This document shows positions 1 to 11,877 of a stretch of 64,000 bases of DNA, one piece after another (the stretch's first letter is position 1; the number at the start of each line of letters is the position of its first letter). Below the pieces are notes generated by a model. It saw only the letters and a list, made by a program, of their open reading frames with translations. It was not told the origin of the DNA and searched no databases. The stretch is from contig NC_068992.1 in assembly GCF_001194135.2 (NCBI RefSeq), positions 5,892,547 through 5,956,546 on the forward strand, read 5' to 3'. Source of the stretch: Octopus bimaculoides. Lineage: Eukaryota. Position numbers and translations under genes: made by a program.

Positions 1-544
1 TGATAATGATATTAAATATGATAGTTGTATAAAACTTATAACAGTCTTTAGAGAAAAAAAACAAAGATTTGAAAAAAAAATATTGAGAATTCTGGAATAA
101 TTCCAAATATTGTGAAAATTAATGCTTGGCTTATTTCAGCTGTATTCAGGAAGCCCGAAGTCAACAATAATTGCCATTAGATTCAGGAATACAGTTCTTT
201 AAGAAAATATTGAAATAAACATTAACCGAATAAAAAAACGAACGAAATTCCGTTTTAGCACTAATCAACCATTTCATTCATGTTTCTTTCTTAAGCAATT
301 GATCAATTGTATTAAATTGCCTTAAAATAGAACCTTTGTTGAAATTTCTTCAAAATCCATAGACATAATTGGAATCAGATATCTAAATAAATGTAAGTTA
401 ATTTAAAATTTACACTTTGCCTCGCATGTCAATAATTATAATTTCAACTTTTTTAAAATCATTAAGAATTATTGCAAAACTTAATCACGAACACTTGTTT
501 GTTTTTTTCAAATATTAAAAAAAAAAACATAAAGTGTAAACATC

Positions 545-1000
545 TTTTTTCCCAGAATTCCTGAAAGGGCCGTGGAGGTAGAGTTCCCTGATGTCATTAC
601 CATACAGTTGTATCAGAATCAATTAACATTAAATTTACAAGCTACATTCCTAAGAGTTACGAACTGAAAATACGAATATTAGTCACCCTTCCTGTTAATG
701 GTCTACCACTATTTCGCTCACCGGTTAGTTCAACTACACTTATCTGTCTTCTGATTCTTTTATACGAAATCCTAATCATATATCCGTAATACCGGAGTAG
801 TGATTTCTCAATGTAAAAAAGGAATGTCACTATAGACACATGCCGGTCTCCGAGCTACGCGCCCCGATAAATAACGTTACTCCTGAGGTTTTCGCCCCTT
901 TTATTTGCAATCATACACTTTTGGTTATTAAGCATACTCAAGGGTAAACGTAGTTACAGAAATAGCCTAACACATGCAAGTACTCAGTTCTATTGACCAA
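545..1000 (-). mobile_element. RTE-clade non-LTR retrotransposon, degraded 3' fragment
   Basis: Minus-strand translation across frameshifts gives SGVTLFIGARSSE and IEKSLLRYYGYMIRISYKRIRRQISVVELTGERNSGRP. These align by eye to the RTE ORF2 C-terminus (GVTLLDRVRSSEIR / IERSQLRWYGHV.RM...GRRPRGRP). ORF 657..839 is part of it. Confidence 0.7.
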
Positions 1001-1464
1001 AGCGCTTGATTTTTAGAAACCTGAAAATGAGGAGGGTATTGGTGAACGTGACTGGATTCGTAGTGTTAAAACAATGAGCCTGAAAATAGATTACAAGGTA
1101 ATTTTAGACGTTCTACTATTTCCGACAGATCGTAGGGCGTTAGCTATACAAGAATAATGCTTTCTGATTAAATCAAATGGTCATGGATTTGTAGTGGGGT
1201 GGACTAGTCAATATCGTCGCCTCCAGTATTCTAAGTGGCGGCTACATCATTTTAAGGATCTGAAATCATAAAAATTCGACTTCGTTAGAGTTCGAACTCC
1301 GGAGGAAGTAGACAGAAAATATAGAAGAAGACATTGTTTTTCGAAGATAAAATATGTATTAATAATTCTTTCTAGCTTAAGGCCTGTCATTTCAGGGAGA
1401 CTACAAGTACTAAAACATGTACACCACACCATTTATCTCTCCCGAAATGCTGATTGCTAAAGAT

Positions 1465-1543
1465 GACGTCGGCGGAATTTGAACGCAGAACGTACGACAG
1501 AAGAAATGCCGCTAAGCATTTTGTGCTGGGTGCTAAAGAGTCT
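1465..1543 (-). mobile_element. tRNA-derived SINE, head fragment (same family as 10797-11031)
   Basis: GGCGGAATTTGAACGCAGAACG...CCGCTAAGCATTT closely matches 53681-53733 and the reverse complement of the 10797 copy. Confidence 0.65.
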
Positions 1544-1695
1544 ATTTTCTCCCGTGTGCAGAACATTCGCCACAGTAATGGGTTTTGATAATGATTGTAA
1601 AAGAAAAATAGGATACTTGCAATAATGAGAATTTTCTTTTCTTGAAATTAGCTAGAGTTTCTAAGGAGTTTTCAATATTGGTTTATTTGAGAAAA

Positions 1696-1945
1696 TGGAG
1701 GCGCATGGCTTAGGGATTAGGACGTACGATTTATGATAATATGATTTGGTTTTGGTTCCTGAAACAGGCGACGTGTTGTGTTATTGAGCATAACACTTCG
1801 TTTCACGTTGCTTCAGTTTGCTCAGATGGTGAAAATGAGTAATCGAGCAACGGACTGGCGTCACGTCCATGTTACGAATATATACGCCATAGAAACCGGG
1901 AAATCGACCCCCATCAGTCAAAATGAATCCGGAAGGAACTTTATA
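1696..1945 (+). mobile_element. tRNA-derived SINE (second family), degraded
   Basis: tRNA-like head GGAGGCGCATGGCTTAGGGATTAGG, then TGTGTTATTGAGCATAACACTT...GCTTCAGTTTGCTCAG, a block shared with 7856-8197 (TGTGTTCTTGAGCAGAGCACTT...GCTCCAGTTCGCTCA). Confidence 0.6.
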
Positions 1946-2798
1946 TTTTCTTTTTCTTAACATTTTTACAAAAGTCATTTAGTGCTTTACGAAGCTCCAA
2001 ATTAATTTCGTTCATTTTCGAAACATTCAAAATCACTTTTTGACATAAATGTTGTCAGTAATTTGAGTTGCTTCTTTTGGTAAACATCTTGGACTGCAAT
2101 CTTGAGGAACTTTAATTTTGCCTCGTGTTTCACGCTGCTCGATGCCGTTCTGGGTTTGTTCTTATCTCATGCCTCTTCTCGTTTCGTCCCTAAATATGTT
2201 TTGTGTATATTTCAGATAAACAACTAAAATACACTTTAGTCTTTTATTTGTTATCTCTTTTGTTTAGTCCAATATCAACGCGCAAAAGATCAAGAACTCG
2301 AAGCGATTTATGATGATATGCATTAGAGGAATCATCGTTATGTTATTTTTCCTTAAACTACATGTGGACTATATTACCGAATGTGTTCTATCAGTATTGA
2401 AAATGCTAATGATTGCTTTGGGAGCGATTTAACAAGCATTAGGAGCGGGTCGAATGACACTACACAATTTCTTCCAGATGCAGAGCAGTAAAATTTCATA
2501 AAACAGTAACATTTCTACTCATTAACACCTTAAACATAAACAGAGAAGATCAAATAACAATACTCTTAATGCTGTTAGTTTTATGTTGCAGTTTATGACT
2601 GATTGACTTTGGAATCTCTAATTAGAATACCATAATTTTCATAATGAGAAATGAATATGTTAATGTTTCCAACAGATAAATCAATATCATATGAAGCTGT
2701 TGTTATTGTCGAAGTTATTTATTTCAAGGTCGTTTCTAATTGAGCAGATCTATTATCAAAAGGATTTCTCATAATACATATATGTAGTCTTCATCGTG

Positions 2799-2839
<41 letters not shown>

Positions 2840-3329
2840 NNNNNNNNNNNNNNNNNNNNNNNNNNNNNNNNNNNNNNNNNNNNNATATATATACGTGCAC
2901 ACACACACAAACACACACACATTTATATACATCTATTAATCACTTGCTGAGGCACATCTGCACCACTAAATCCTCCTGTACCACTTGTTAATTTGTCCCA
3001 CCAGTGTTGGAGTGATGCTAATTGTGTCGAAATAATTTTGATTAATAATTAAAAAATTCTCGAATATATACACCAACTTCCGTTTTTCATTTAACAGATA
3101 TATAACGAATACTGTGAAAGTGAATGTGCTTTACTAGTAACCTATCAGGTGTAAACTATTCATTTTATTATCAAAGAACCACAACCAATTTCCGATTTCC
3201 GTGAGGAAGGTGCTATGAGATAGCGTGCCACGAAGACGGATGAAATAACACTGGATGTATCACTAAAGGATATACATATACCACCCAGTAGGAAGGATTA
3301 TATATGTGATCTTTTGGAGAAAACCATCC

Positions 3330-4740
3330 AATATGTACGTAGAATACTGTAGAAAGCAGGTTAAATCAAATAACAAAGCTAAACATGGCGTCCTACCAGA
3401 AAAGAATTAAAATCTAGGGGAGTTACCCGCCGACTAAACAACACCTAACCAGATTTCAAGAGGAATTACATTTATATAGTATGATTAAGAACATGAAGTT
3501 CGGAAAATAGCCTAGAAGATGCAATGTACCTCAGCAGAAAATCAGAAAATTACTTGTCGATTTTAAAAAAGCCTCACGGATACTTGTACCAGCGGACAAA
3601 ACAAGTAACATTTTCATTGTTGATATTGAGTTATATAAGCCTATGATTATAAAGGAATTACAGAGCAAATATAGACAAGCTTCTAACGATACATTAAAAA
3701 GAATACAGGGATACATATCGTTATAGATTTAGCGCTAGAAGATAGAATCTAGCCATGCGTCCATAGAAAACCCGGATTATACTTAAGGTCCATAAATCTA
3801 ACTTTCTTAATGACACCTCAGTTATATCGATTTGTCCTTCGAAATCCGATATAGGTATTAGTAGGAAAAATCATTGATAGTGTCATACCTGCCTTTAAGT
3901 CTATAATTCGATTACTCCTCTGGTCAGATTCCCAAGAGGTTGTTGAACAGAAATTGAGGACTAAACATTATCGTTGAGTAAATTTTCTTGACGCTACCTT
4001 CTGTCTTGATACTGGAGTATTTGAACCATTTCATAAGTCAAATGATCATATTAAGTACATAAATATTGCATCCAACCATCGTTAAGCATATTTATACAAG
4101 AATTTCTAGATTATCCGCAAATAATAACATTTTCGAATCGTATGCAACTTATTATAATGCTTCAAAAGATAGGGATGAGAACGGTTTGAAAATTTAATAT
4201 ATACAAGAAGTAGGCATACACAACATTGGTAATTCCTCCAATAGCACACCATCACAGCGTCACGGTTTGAGAACTTACTCAGATAGAGAATACAGGCCAT
4301 GAAGATTTGGTCAAGACAATGAACTACCAACGAAAACGCATAGACGCACACGACTCAATAATCCGACTGCTTGTAACATTGTTTCATTCCTGTACAACAC
4401 ACTCGATCAAATAAGCTCAACAAGAGATACAGTAATCAGGATATCCTCAGGTTCAACCTAATTTTCTGTTCGCATGTTTCAACCATGATCGCTGGAACTT
4501 TTCTGCCGCTTTGGACAAATGTTTTCCTGAATCTGATCGGTATCATTCTATTTTTAAATGGCTCATTTAGAACACCTTAATGTATATATCACTACTGATA
4601 CTAATGTATATATATCAGTACTGAACTTGTAATCAGGTATTCAACCTACCACAACTAGTAGTAATGCCTCGTAATCCCTTACTAATTGTCCATATGTTCG
4701 ATCCTGCATTGCAAGAATTCAATTGTAATTATATTAAATG
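3330..4740 (+). mobile_element. Penelope-like retroelement (PLE) remnant, internally deleted
   Basis: Collinear PLE ORF motifs: ILVPADKTSNIF (3580-3615), CPSKSDIGISR (~3832), VNFLDATFCLDTGVFEPFHKSNDHIKYINIASNH (3978-4079), LDKCFPESDRYHSIF (~4511) and a Cys-rich NCPYVRSC linker (~4684). Many stops and frameshifts. Confidence 0.8.
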
Positions 4741-5965
4741 TTCTTTTGGTCATTGCTGGACATACTTTGATCATGGATCTGGGAGGCCAGTTGTGAGCTT
4801 AACTTAAAGAACATCAACAATAATAAATACGATAGTAGTAAAACTGAGCTCGGTAATGATCGGGTTGATTTAGACAGTGTTTAACTAAGTTACTTTCCAA
4901 GGAATAGAATCCTTTAACCCGTTCCACGTAATGTACCAGTGAGTAGACTTAACAAATTTCAGCTTTGCTCTCTTCAGACAATCCAAGTTGCCGATCATCT
5001 TTAAAGGAAGAATGGCAAAAGTTAGACGAGCGAATGTTTTTATTTTTTTCATTTAGTAATCATCTATGCTTACCTGCAGAATTTCAAATATAATAGAGGA
5101 AGCAAAATATAAAAAGAGAATTGACGCAATTCTGGCAGACTTTGCGTTAATTTAATTACCAGTACAGATGCTTTAATCTAAGTGTATTGATGTCTTTATT
5201 ACATCACAAACAATGATTCGTAGTTTTAGAATTCGACGATGAAATAAAGAATTGTTGCTTCCTATTGTAGAAAATTCTTTGCATGAATTAGCTGCAAACA
5301 TAAAATTTGAATTATGTCCAAAGCTAATTACTTAGATTAGAAGTTGTCCTCTTCCTGTTCTACCGATTATCTAAATCTCATCTCCATAAAGACATAATTT
5401 TCTTATTTTACTGTATACTCCTTTCATTATTGTTCATCGATTGGTATGGTGGCCTTAGTCTATCCGACCATTAGCTTTAATCATTTTAGATTGTAACCAC
5501 GTTTCTAACGAACTATGGAGAAATTCGCTATGTATGATAATGAGTGTCAGAGAACAGATATAAACAGTTTTCTAGTTTACAATCCACGCAGATTCATGCA
5601 CACATATAGGATTACATAAATATATGAGCAATATATGTGGGTATGCATCTATCCCCCCTCTCTCTCTCTCACTCTCTCTTTCTATATATATATATAAACA
5701 TTGAGTAGAGAACAAACATTAAATACGAGTCAAGTCAGTAGGCTTGATATTTCACTTATTACACAATATGCTTAAATGTGATGAAACGTAATGTATATAG
5801 GTATAAAAAAAATATAGTGATAAATAGATCAGAGTAAGCTAAAATCAAAATCAAACATTTACGAAAAAGAGATAGGAGAGCAAAATATGAGGCTGTAGCA
5901 AAGCATCGAAAGAAAGAGACATGGGTGTGTAATGTATGGATATATATCTGCTTTATTATTAGATA

Positions 5966-6015
<50 letters not shown>

Positions 6016-7855
6016 CACGTTTATTAATCCTAATTATCCATCATTTTTCGCACTTTATATAGTTACAGCATAATCTAACAATTGATAAAATAGAATCACT
6101 AAACATTGATAGCATTTTGCTTTTTCTGTGTGGTTATGTACGGTATAAGCTAACATACTTTGTGTTAAATTTTCGCAATTCCCTTTATTTCCTCGTTTAA
6201 TGTACTCAATAGCACTGGGCTAGAAACCATCTCAAAATAGGTGAATTAGTAATTACAATTACATACATATGTGCCTTTGAATCTGCTAGGAACTAAATGG
6301 GAAAAAGAATTACATAATCAGTTTCACCAGTAGGCATTTAAGACATTGATAAGAAAAGAAAGGAAAATAATGAAGTCAGAAGAAAATACGTAAGTACGAT
6401 GCTCGTTCTACTTTAGGCTAAATATTTCTATACTAGTCAAGGGTAATATCGAAAAATTGCAGGAAATTAAAGGAACTAATCCTTGTGAAGGAAATTGAGC
6501 ATTAATTTTGACATTCCATACACACGGAATATTATTTCCTTCTCATGTTACTAATTACACTAGTAATTACTGGGAATTAAGAAACAATGGATTTGTTTAA
6601 CATGTAATGTATTTAATCATTATTCTAAAAGATTCTCTGCTCGACAGTATTTCATATACAGTTCTCTCTTCTGTGAGAGACAATGTTTCAGCGAATTTAA
6701 GTTTCATTCTGAAATGCCTTTTTTTTGCCTATATCCAAACATATTCAAGCAGATCATAACTTAAGGCATTGCACCCGAGATCATGAATTTGTGTTTTATT
6801 TATCAAACACATCGTCTAGTGCTTACTTTCAGTCGTTAATGTATTGTTCAAAGTGCGTAGACGCAAAATAAATACCGATATTAAGCACAATATTATGATA
6901 AATATAAATTTTACGGCGTTGAAACAAATACTATATATCTAATAATAAAGCAGATATTTGTTTCCTTTTTTTATTATATTATAGAATATTTAAAGAATTG
7001 TTAGTTATACTGTATTAAGACAAATATTTAGTTTTTTTTGTGTGTATTCGGTATGCAATTTGAGACGAATATTTAACGTAAGTTAATGAAATAAATATTG
7101 AATTTACACACTCGGACACAAACAAAATATACATTATTAAAACATGTATTAAACATATCGTATTAAAACAAGTATTAAATATCCTATACTGTGACAAATA
7201 TTAAATATGCAATATTCAGAAAATATTAAATATACAGTATTGGAATAGATATTTAATAAAAGATATTTATATACACATTAAACACATAACGTTGAGAACG
7301 ACAGACATGCATGCAACATGAAGGATTTTTTTCTTCAATTTCGAACATGGAGTATTCAGACATATATTAAATATGAATAATTGAAACACATAATAAATAT
7401 ACAATATTAAGGGAAATATAGACCATATAGTATTGACATAAATGATAAGTATGCAGCGTATATATTCACCAGAGAGGTATGGAATATGTATATACATTTA
7501 CGTCAGATTCAATACGTTGACTATTTTAACATGGGCAAATCTTAGAATAACATAGATAAGAAATTATGTATTTAGAAACATAGAAGCTGGACAAAAATAT
7601 TTGATTATGATTTTTATGTCGTGAACAACAAAAATTACAGAATTGGAAAATTTCTGCTGTAAATAGCATTGAAATAAGTACCACAATTCGAATAGAGTCA
7701 AGTCAATGGGAAAAAAGAAAACAGACTTGTGAGCAGAAAATTTGGAGAGAGGAAATTGGAATGTGATGTGTTTTTTGGGGGGAGGGGGAACAATAATTGG
7801 ATAAAAGAAAACTAAAACAATGATTTGGAGTTTACCTTGTGAAATTAACCACTAG

Positions 7856-8197
7856 AGTAGGCGTATGTCTCAATGTTTTGTGTGTCGGGCTCACAATAAT
7901 GAGGTAGAGAACTCGATTCCCGGACCAGACTGTATCTTGTGTTCTTGAGCAGAGCACTTTACGTCACATAGCTCCAGTTCGCTCATCAGTGGAAACGAGT
8001 TGAGATATCACTCGTTCCAAGATGTTTTGGCCTTTGTATTTTCCTTGCACATCACTTACTTGAATATGGGAGGCTGTTATGCATGCGCGATGGCTGGCTT
8101 TCATAAACAACCTTGCCCGGTCTTGTGCCTCTGAGGGGAACCTTCTAGGTGTAATACAATGGTCATTCATGACCTAAGGGTATCTTTAACCTTTAAC
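7856..8197 (+). mobile_element. tRNA-derived SINE (second family, longer 3' part), degraded
   Basis: B-box-like AACTCGATTCCCGG (~7910) and a central block shared with 1696-1945. GC is higher than in the flanks. ORF 7964..8170 is only antisense SINE sequence. Confidence 0.6.
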
Positions 8198-8419
8198 TCT
8201 AATTGAAATGCTGTGTAAAAAAGGAATGTGCGGATATCAACTACAACAAGAGCAACAGTCACATCAAAAAGAGAATCAACAATAATAACAAATTCAAATA
8301 TTCTAAATTAAAATTGTAAATGATGCGCATGCGCAGTAAACAATCTGAAATTAAACACCATGTTTCACCCGGGTTTGCTATTTATCATCAAATTCTTAAC
8401 CTCTAATGAAAGTCCAATG

Positions 8420-8720
8420 GTTTGAAATGAGGAGCTGCAACGATGCAGTAAAGGTCTTTATATCTGCACTATATGGTCTCAAAGAAAACCAGTGGTATGA
8501 TGCACTACACTGTGAAGTTAACTAGACCAGCTTCACTGATCCGGCAACAAAAAAGGTAGATAACATAATGCTAATTTATGTGCAGACACCCTTGTAATCT
8601 GTCGCGGGCTTTCGTCTGACAAACGGAAGGCGGCCAGATTGAGCAGAAGGCATATTCAACGACGTAGAAGCATTAACTACTGGCCAACAAACATCTCTAG
8701 ACGAATCTCTTTGTTGAGGG
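8420..8720 (+). mobile_element. possible RTE-like LINE 3' remnant
   Basis: Fragments DALHCEV / RPASLIRQQKR / GLSSDKRKAAR / FNDVE resemble the RTE C-terminal LYG.L...S.LIRQRRL...GKRK.GRP pattern. Heavily decayed. Confidence 0.4.
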
Positions 8721-9527
8721 ATTTCATTTCAGAACATTTTTATTTTTATTGAGACTGGAACTAAACACTGGACAGAATTTAATTTGCTACTGTTTCAACT
8801 ACTCACCCACCTTCAGTTGTCATAGAAATATATCGAGCAAAAGTTTTGTCTTTAATAGTTTTCATCCTAAACCTTTTTATTTTTACTTTTAACATCATAA
8901 AACACTTACATATAAAAAAAAAACAACAGAAATAGCTTTTTTCCTCCACATTAAAGAGCGCATTATTGATGTAGCCATTTTTACATTTTTCTCTTTTATT
9001 CTCCATTTCTATAGCAGCATCTTTTTATTGCATTGTAGTGATATCTTGTATAAATCCATTTCAATACACAAGTTAATAAAGTCTGCAACATCAAAAAAAA
9101 AATAAAAATAACTAAAAAGAAAATGCAAACAGCTACAACAATAAAGACAACCACAACAGCAACAACAACATCAATAACAACAATATCCACTACAACAACG
9201 GAAACAAGGTAAAAAAACAAGAACTCCGAAAATAACAAATATATTTTGGCTTAAACTTTAGAATTAGACATGTTCTTTTAAAACAACACACTGTAAAACT
9301 TGTAATAAAGTTAAAATGTTTTGATAAATATTCAGGAGGAGGATTATCTTACAGAATATGGGTGTGGTAGTAATGGGAGATGCGGTGCTATAAATGTCCA
9401 GATCGAAATATAGCAAGTGTGAAATGATAAAGAAAAGAAACAAGTTAAAAAGGACAAATATAATACAAATAGAACATACTGGAACCTGTAGACAATTTGT
9501 TTATTTGTTGGCATTTATCGTTGTGTC

Positions 9528-9528
<1 letters not shown>

Positions 9529-9606
<78 letters not shown>
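9529..9606. repeat. (ATT)26 microsatellite
   Basis: Pure ATT run. It explains the poly-I and poly-L ORFs 9394..9696 and 9497..9715. Confidence 0.97.
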
Positions 9607-9611
<5 letters not shown>

Positions 9612-9699
9612 TACTAACCTATTGTTTCCTCAAACTCCTAGGCCTTGTTATGATAATAATGATCATATTTATAGTAATGATAATAATCATAAATAACAC

Positions 9700-10085
9700 G
9701 ATCATCTTTGTCTAGATCATCATTTTCGTCCTCGTCATCATCATCATCAACATAATCATCATCATCAGTACCAGCTTCTGCAGCATCTTCGTCAACATCT
9801 TCATTTCCATCAGCAATATAATCACGGTCGACATCATCGTCGTCAACGCTTACCATCGTCATCGTCATCATACGCTTCATACCACCAACAGCACCAGTAC
9901 CACCATCATTATCATCATCTTCATCAACCTCATCATCATCCTCATCATCACCACCAACCTCATTATCGTAGTCATCATCATCATGATCATCATCATCGTC
10001 ATCCTCGTTGTCGTCGTCGTCATCATCATCTTCATCGTTGTCTTCACTGTCGTCGACGTTATAATTTACACTACCATCCACATCA
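9700..10085. repeat. degenerate (CAT/CGT/CAC)n triplet low-complexity tract
   Basis: CAT-phase periodicity with scattered substitutions. It produces the Asp-rich ORF 9638..10108 on the minus strand. Confidence 0.85.
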
Positions 10086-10267
10086 GCACGTTGTTCCACC
10101 ATATGCAACCAGAACCAATGTGTCTTAGATTAGCCTCACATCAATATATAACAGCTGAATTTTCATTATCTCACACTTTATCCCCATTACAGAAAAGAAT
10201 TATTTCACAACAGAACAAGTAGATGTAGAGACACGGTGTTCGCCATAGAAAAAGAACAAAGAAAATG

Positions 10268-10298
<31 letters not shown>

Positions 10299-10796
10299 TT
10301 GTTTTTTGGTTTTTTGTGTTGACAAAATGTTTGCTTTGATTCTGAATCAGCTGGATCAGGGAAGACAAAGTCGAAACAACAAACAACGATGCCGCATCTA
10401 CTATTACTAAGATCATCACACCTGTCACCATTTCCAGCATCTGTATGTTGTAAATTAATACGTTTTCATTAGCAGCCACTTCATCATCATCATCCTTCTT
10501 ACTCTTCTCAACGTCATCACATATTTTTTGGTATTGTTGTTTTCCGCCTCCTCATGTTTCTTCCCTTCTGCATCATCATCATTACCATCATCCCAACCCC
10601 CACCACCACTACCATTATCATTATCTTTCTCCTCATCAGCATCTTCTATGTCATCAAATTTTTGTAAGCAATATTTTCGTTATCCTAATTGTCATTATTA
10701 CCAGTAACAAATGAAGAATTAATTTGTTCGTTTGTTATGATTGAAATGGCAGCGAAAAGACTCTTAAATCACCAAAAAAAACAATCATATCCGAAT

Positions 10797-11031
10797 TAGG
10801 TGGTGAGCTGGCAGAATCGTAAGCATGCTGGGTGAAATGCTCAGCGGTATTTTGTCTGCCGTTACGTTCTGAGATCAAATTCCGCTGAGGTCGACTTTGC
10901 CTTTCATCTTTTCGGGGTCGATAAATTAACTACCAGTTACACACTGGGATCGATGTAATCGACTTAATTCCTTTGTCTGTCCTTGTTTCTCTCCCCTGTG
11001 TGTAGCCCCTTGTGGGCAGTAAAGAAATAAG
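10797..11031 (+). mobile_element. full-length tRNA-derived SINE (octopus OK/OR type; exact family name uncertain) with 18-bp TSD
   Basis: Head TAGGTGGTGAGCTGGCAGAATCG, B-box-like GAGATCAAATTCC, tail GGGCAGTAAAGAAATAAG. Exact direct repeat AAACAATCATATCCGAAT at 10779-10796 and 11032-11049. A homologous copy lies at 53540-53768 on the minus strand. Confidence 0.92.
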
Positions 11032-11160
11032 AAACAATCATATCCGAATGAAATGCATAAATATAATGCGATGATGTACACTCTTTAAAAACTGGTGGTT
11101 TTGATCCTAATTCGACTGAATCATTCTTGGAATGAACATTACATAAACCGTTGCCAAATC

Positions 11161-11226
11161 TATCATCGTCTTATACAACGTCATCACCTCCATCATCGTC
11201 TTATATAACGTCATCACCTCCATCAT
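11161..11226. repeat. 30-bp tandem duplication
   Basis: ATCATCGTCTTATA(C/T)AACGTCATCACCTCC occurs twice in tandem inside a CAT-rich tract. Confidence 0.85.
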
Positions 11227-11660
11227 CTTAATCCGCACCATCACAGTCATTATCATGATCTTCATCGTCATCTTCATCACCATTATATCAAGTATGATTC
11301 TAAAGAATGAGTGCAGTTATTGCATATCACAAATTTGCAAGGATGTTCAATTAAATCAGAAAACTATGTATGTTTCTATTGTCAAATGTTAATATACTTC
11401 GTAATAATAATAATAATGATTCGATATTTCGTACAAGAAGGTGTTTCGATGATTCAATGAATTGTAAGTTCCCGACGCGGAGACTCTATGAACGAGAATT
11501 CCTTTAATTAGTAACTGTCGGGAATTCACAATTTTCTTCCAAATATGCGTAATTCTTTGCATTGATTTAATACGAGAATGTTCCCCTTTTCTACGTTGGA
11601 CATAAATAAAGAACTCTGAAACGATATGTAAAAATGAAATTCATTTATTAAATTCATATA

Positions 11661-11877
11661 CGAGACGATAATGAAAATTTCCTGGCTTTAGATATATCGC
11701 GAAAGGCCTGGTTGGAGGCCCAGCATTCTGATTTCTTTTTACAGGGTTTAGAAAAACTGGAGAACCGCCTCAAAATGTGTGTGAATATGAGAGACGAATA
11801 TGTTGGATAAATCATAATTAACTGATCCTCCAGTATTTTCACTTACCCAAAGACAAAAGCTTTTCAGCACCTCCTCC
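11661..11877 (+). mobile_element. mariner-derived MITE (internally deleted)
   Basis: TA-flanked imperfect TIRs: TA|CGAGACGATAATGAAAATTTCCTGGCTTT and AAAGACAAAAGCTTTTCAGCACCTCCTCC|TA. The interior encodes only a mariner C-terminal tail, KAWLEAQHSDFFLQGLEKLENRLKMCVNMRDEYVG*. Confidence 0.75.

Noticed and set aside
4930-5040. Exon-like or Tc1-tail-like segment (SLKEEWQKLDE) after a CAG acceptor
   Set aside because: Too short, a stop follows soon after, and there are no supporting neighbouring motifs or TIR.
9638-10108. 156-aa Asp-rich ORF resembling molluscan acidic biomineralisation proteins
   Set aside because: It is the antisense reading of a degenerate (CAT)n tract. It slips from Asp phase into Met/Thr phase and back (GMKRMMTMTMV), has no signal peptide or splice context, and similar tracts recur throughout the window.
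10345-10375. GAC-AAA-GTC-GAAAC mini hairpin resembling hammerhead stem II
   Set aside because: No CUGAnGA core upstream (CAGGGAA) and only a 3-bp stem.
10797-10890. SINE heads as possible tRNA genes (also 1696 and 53690-53768)
   Set aside because: They have A/B-box-like motifs but I could not fold a cloverleaf, and they continue into shared SINE bodies and tails.
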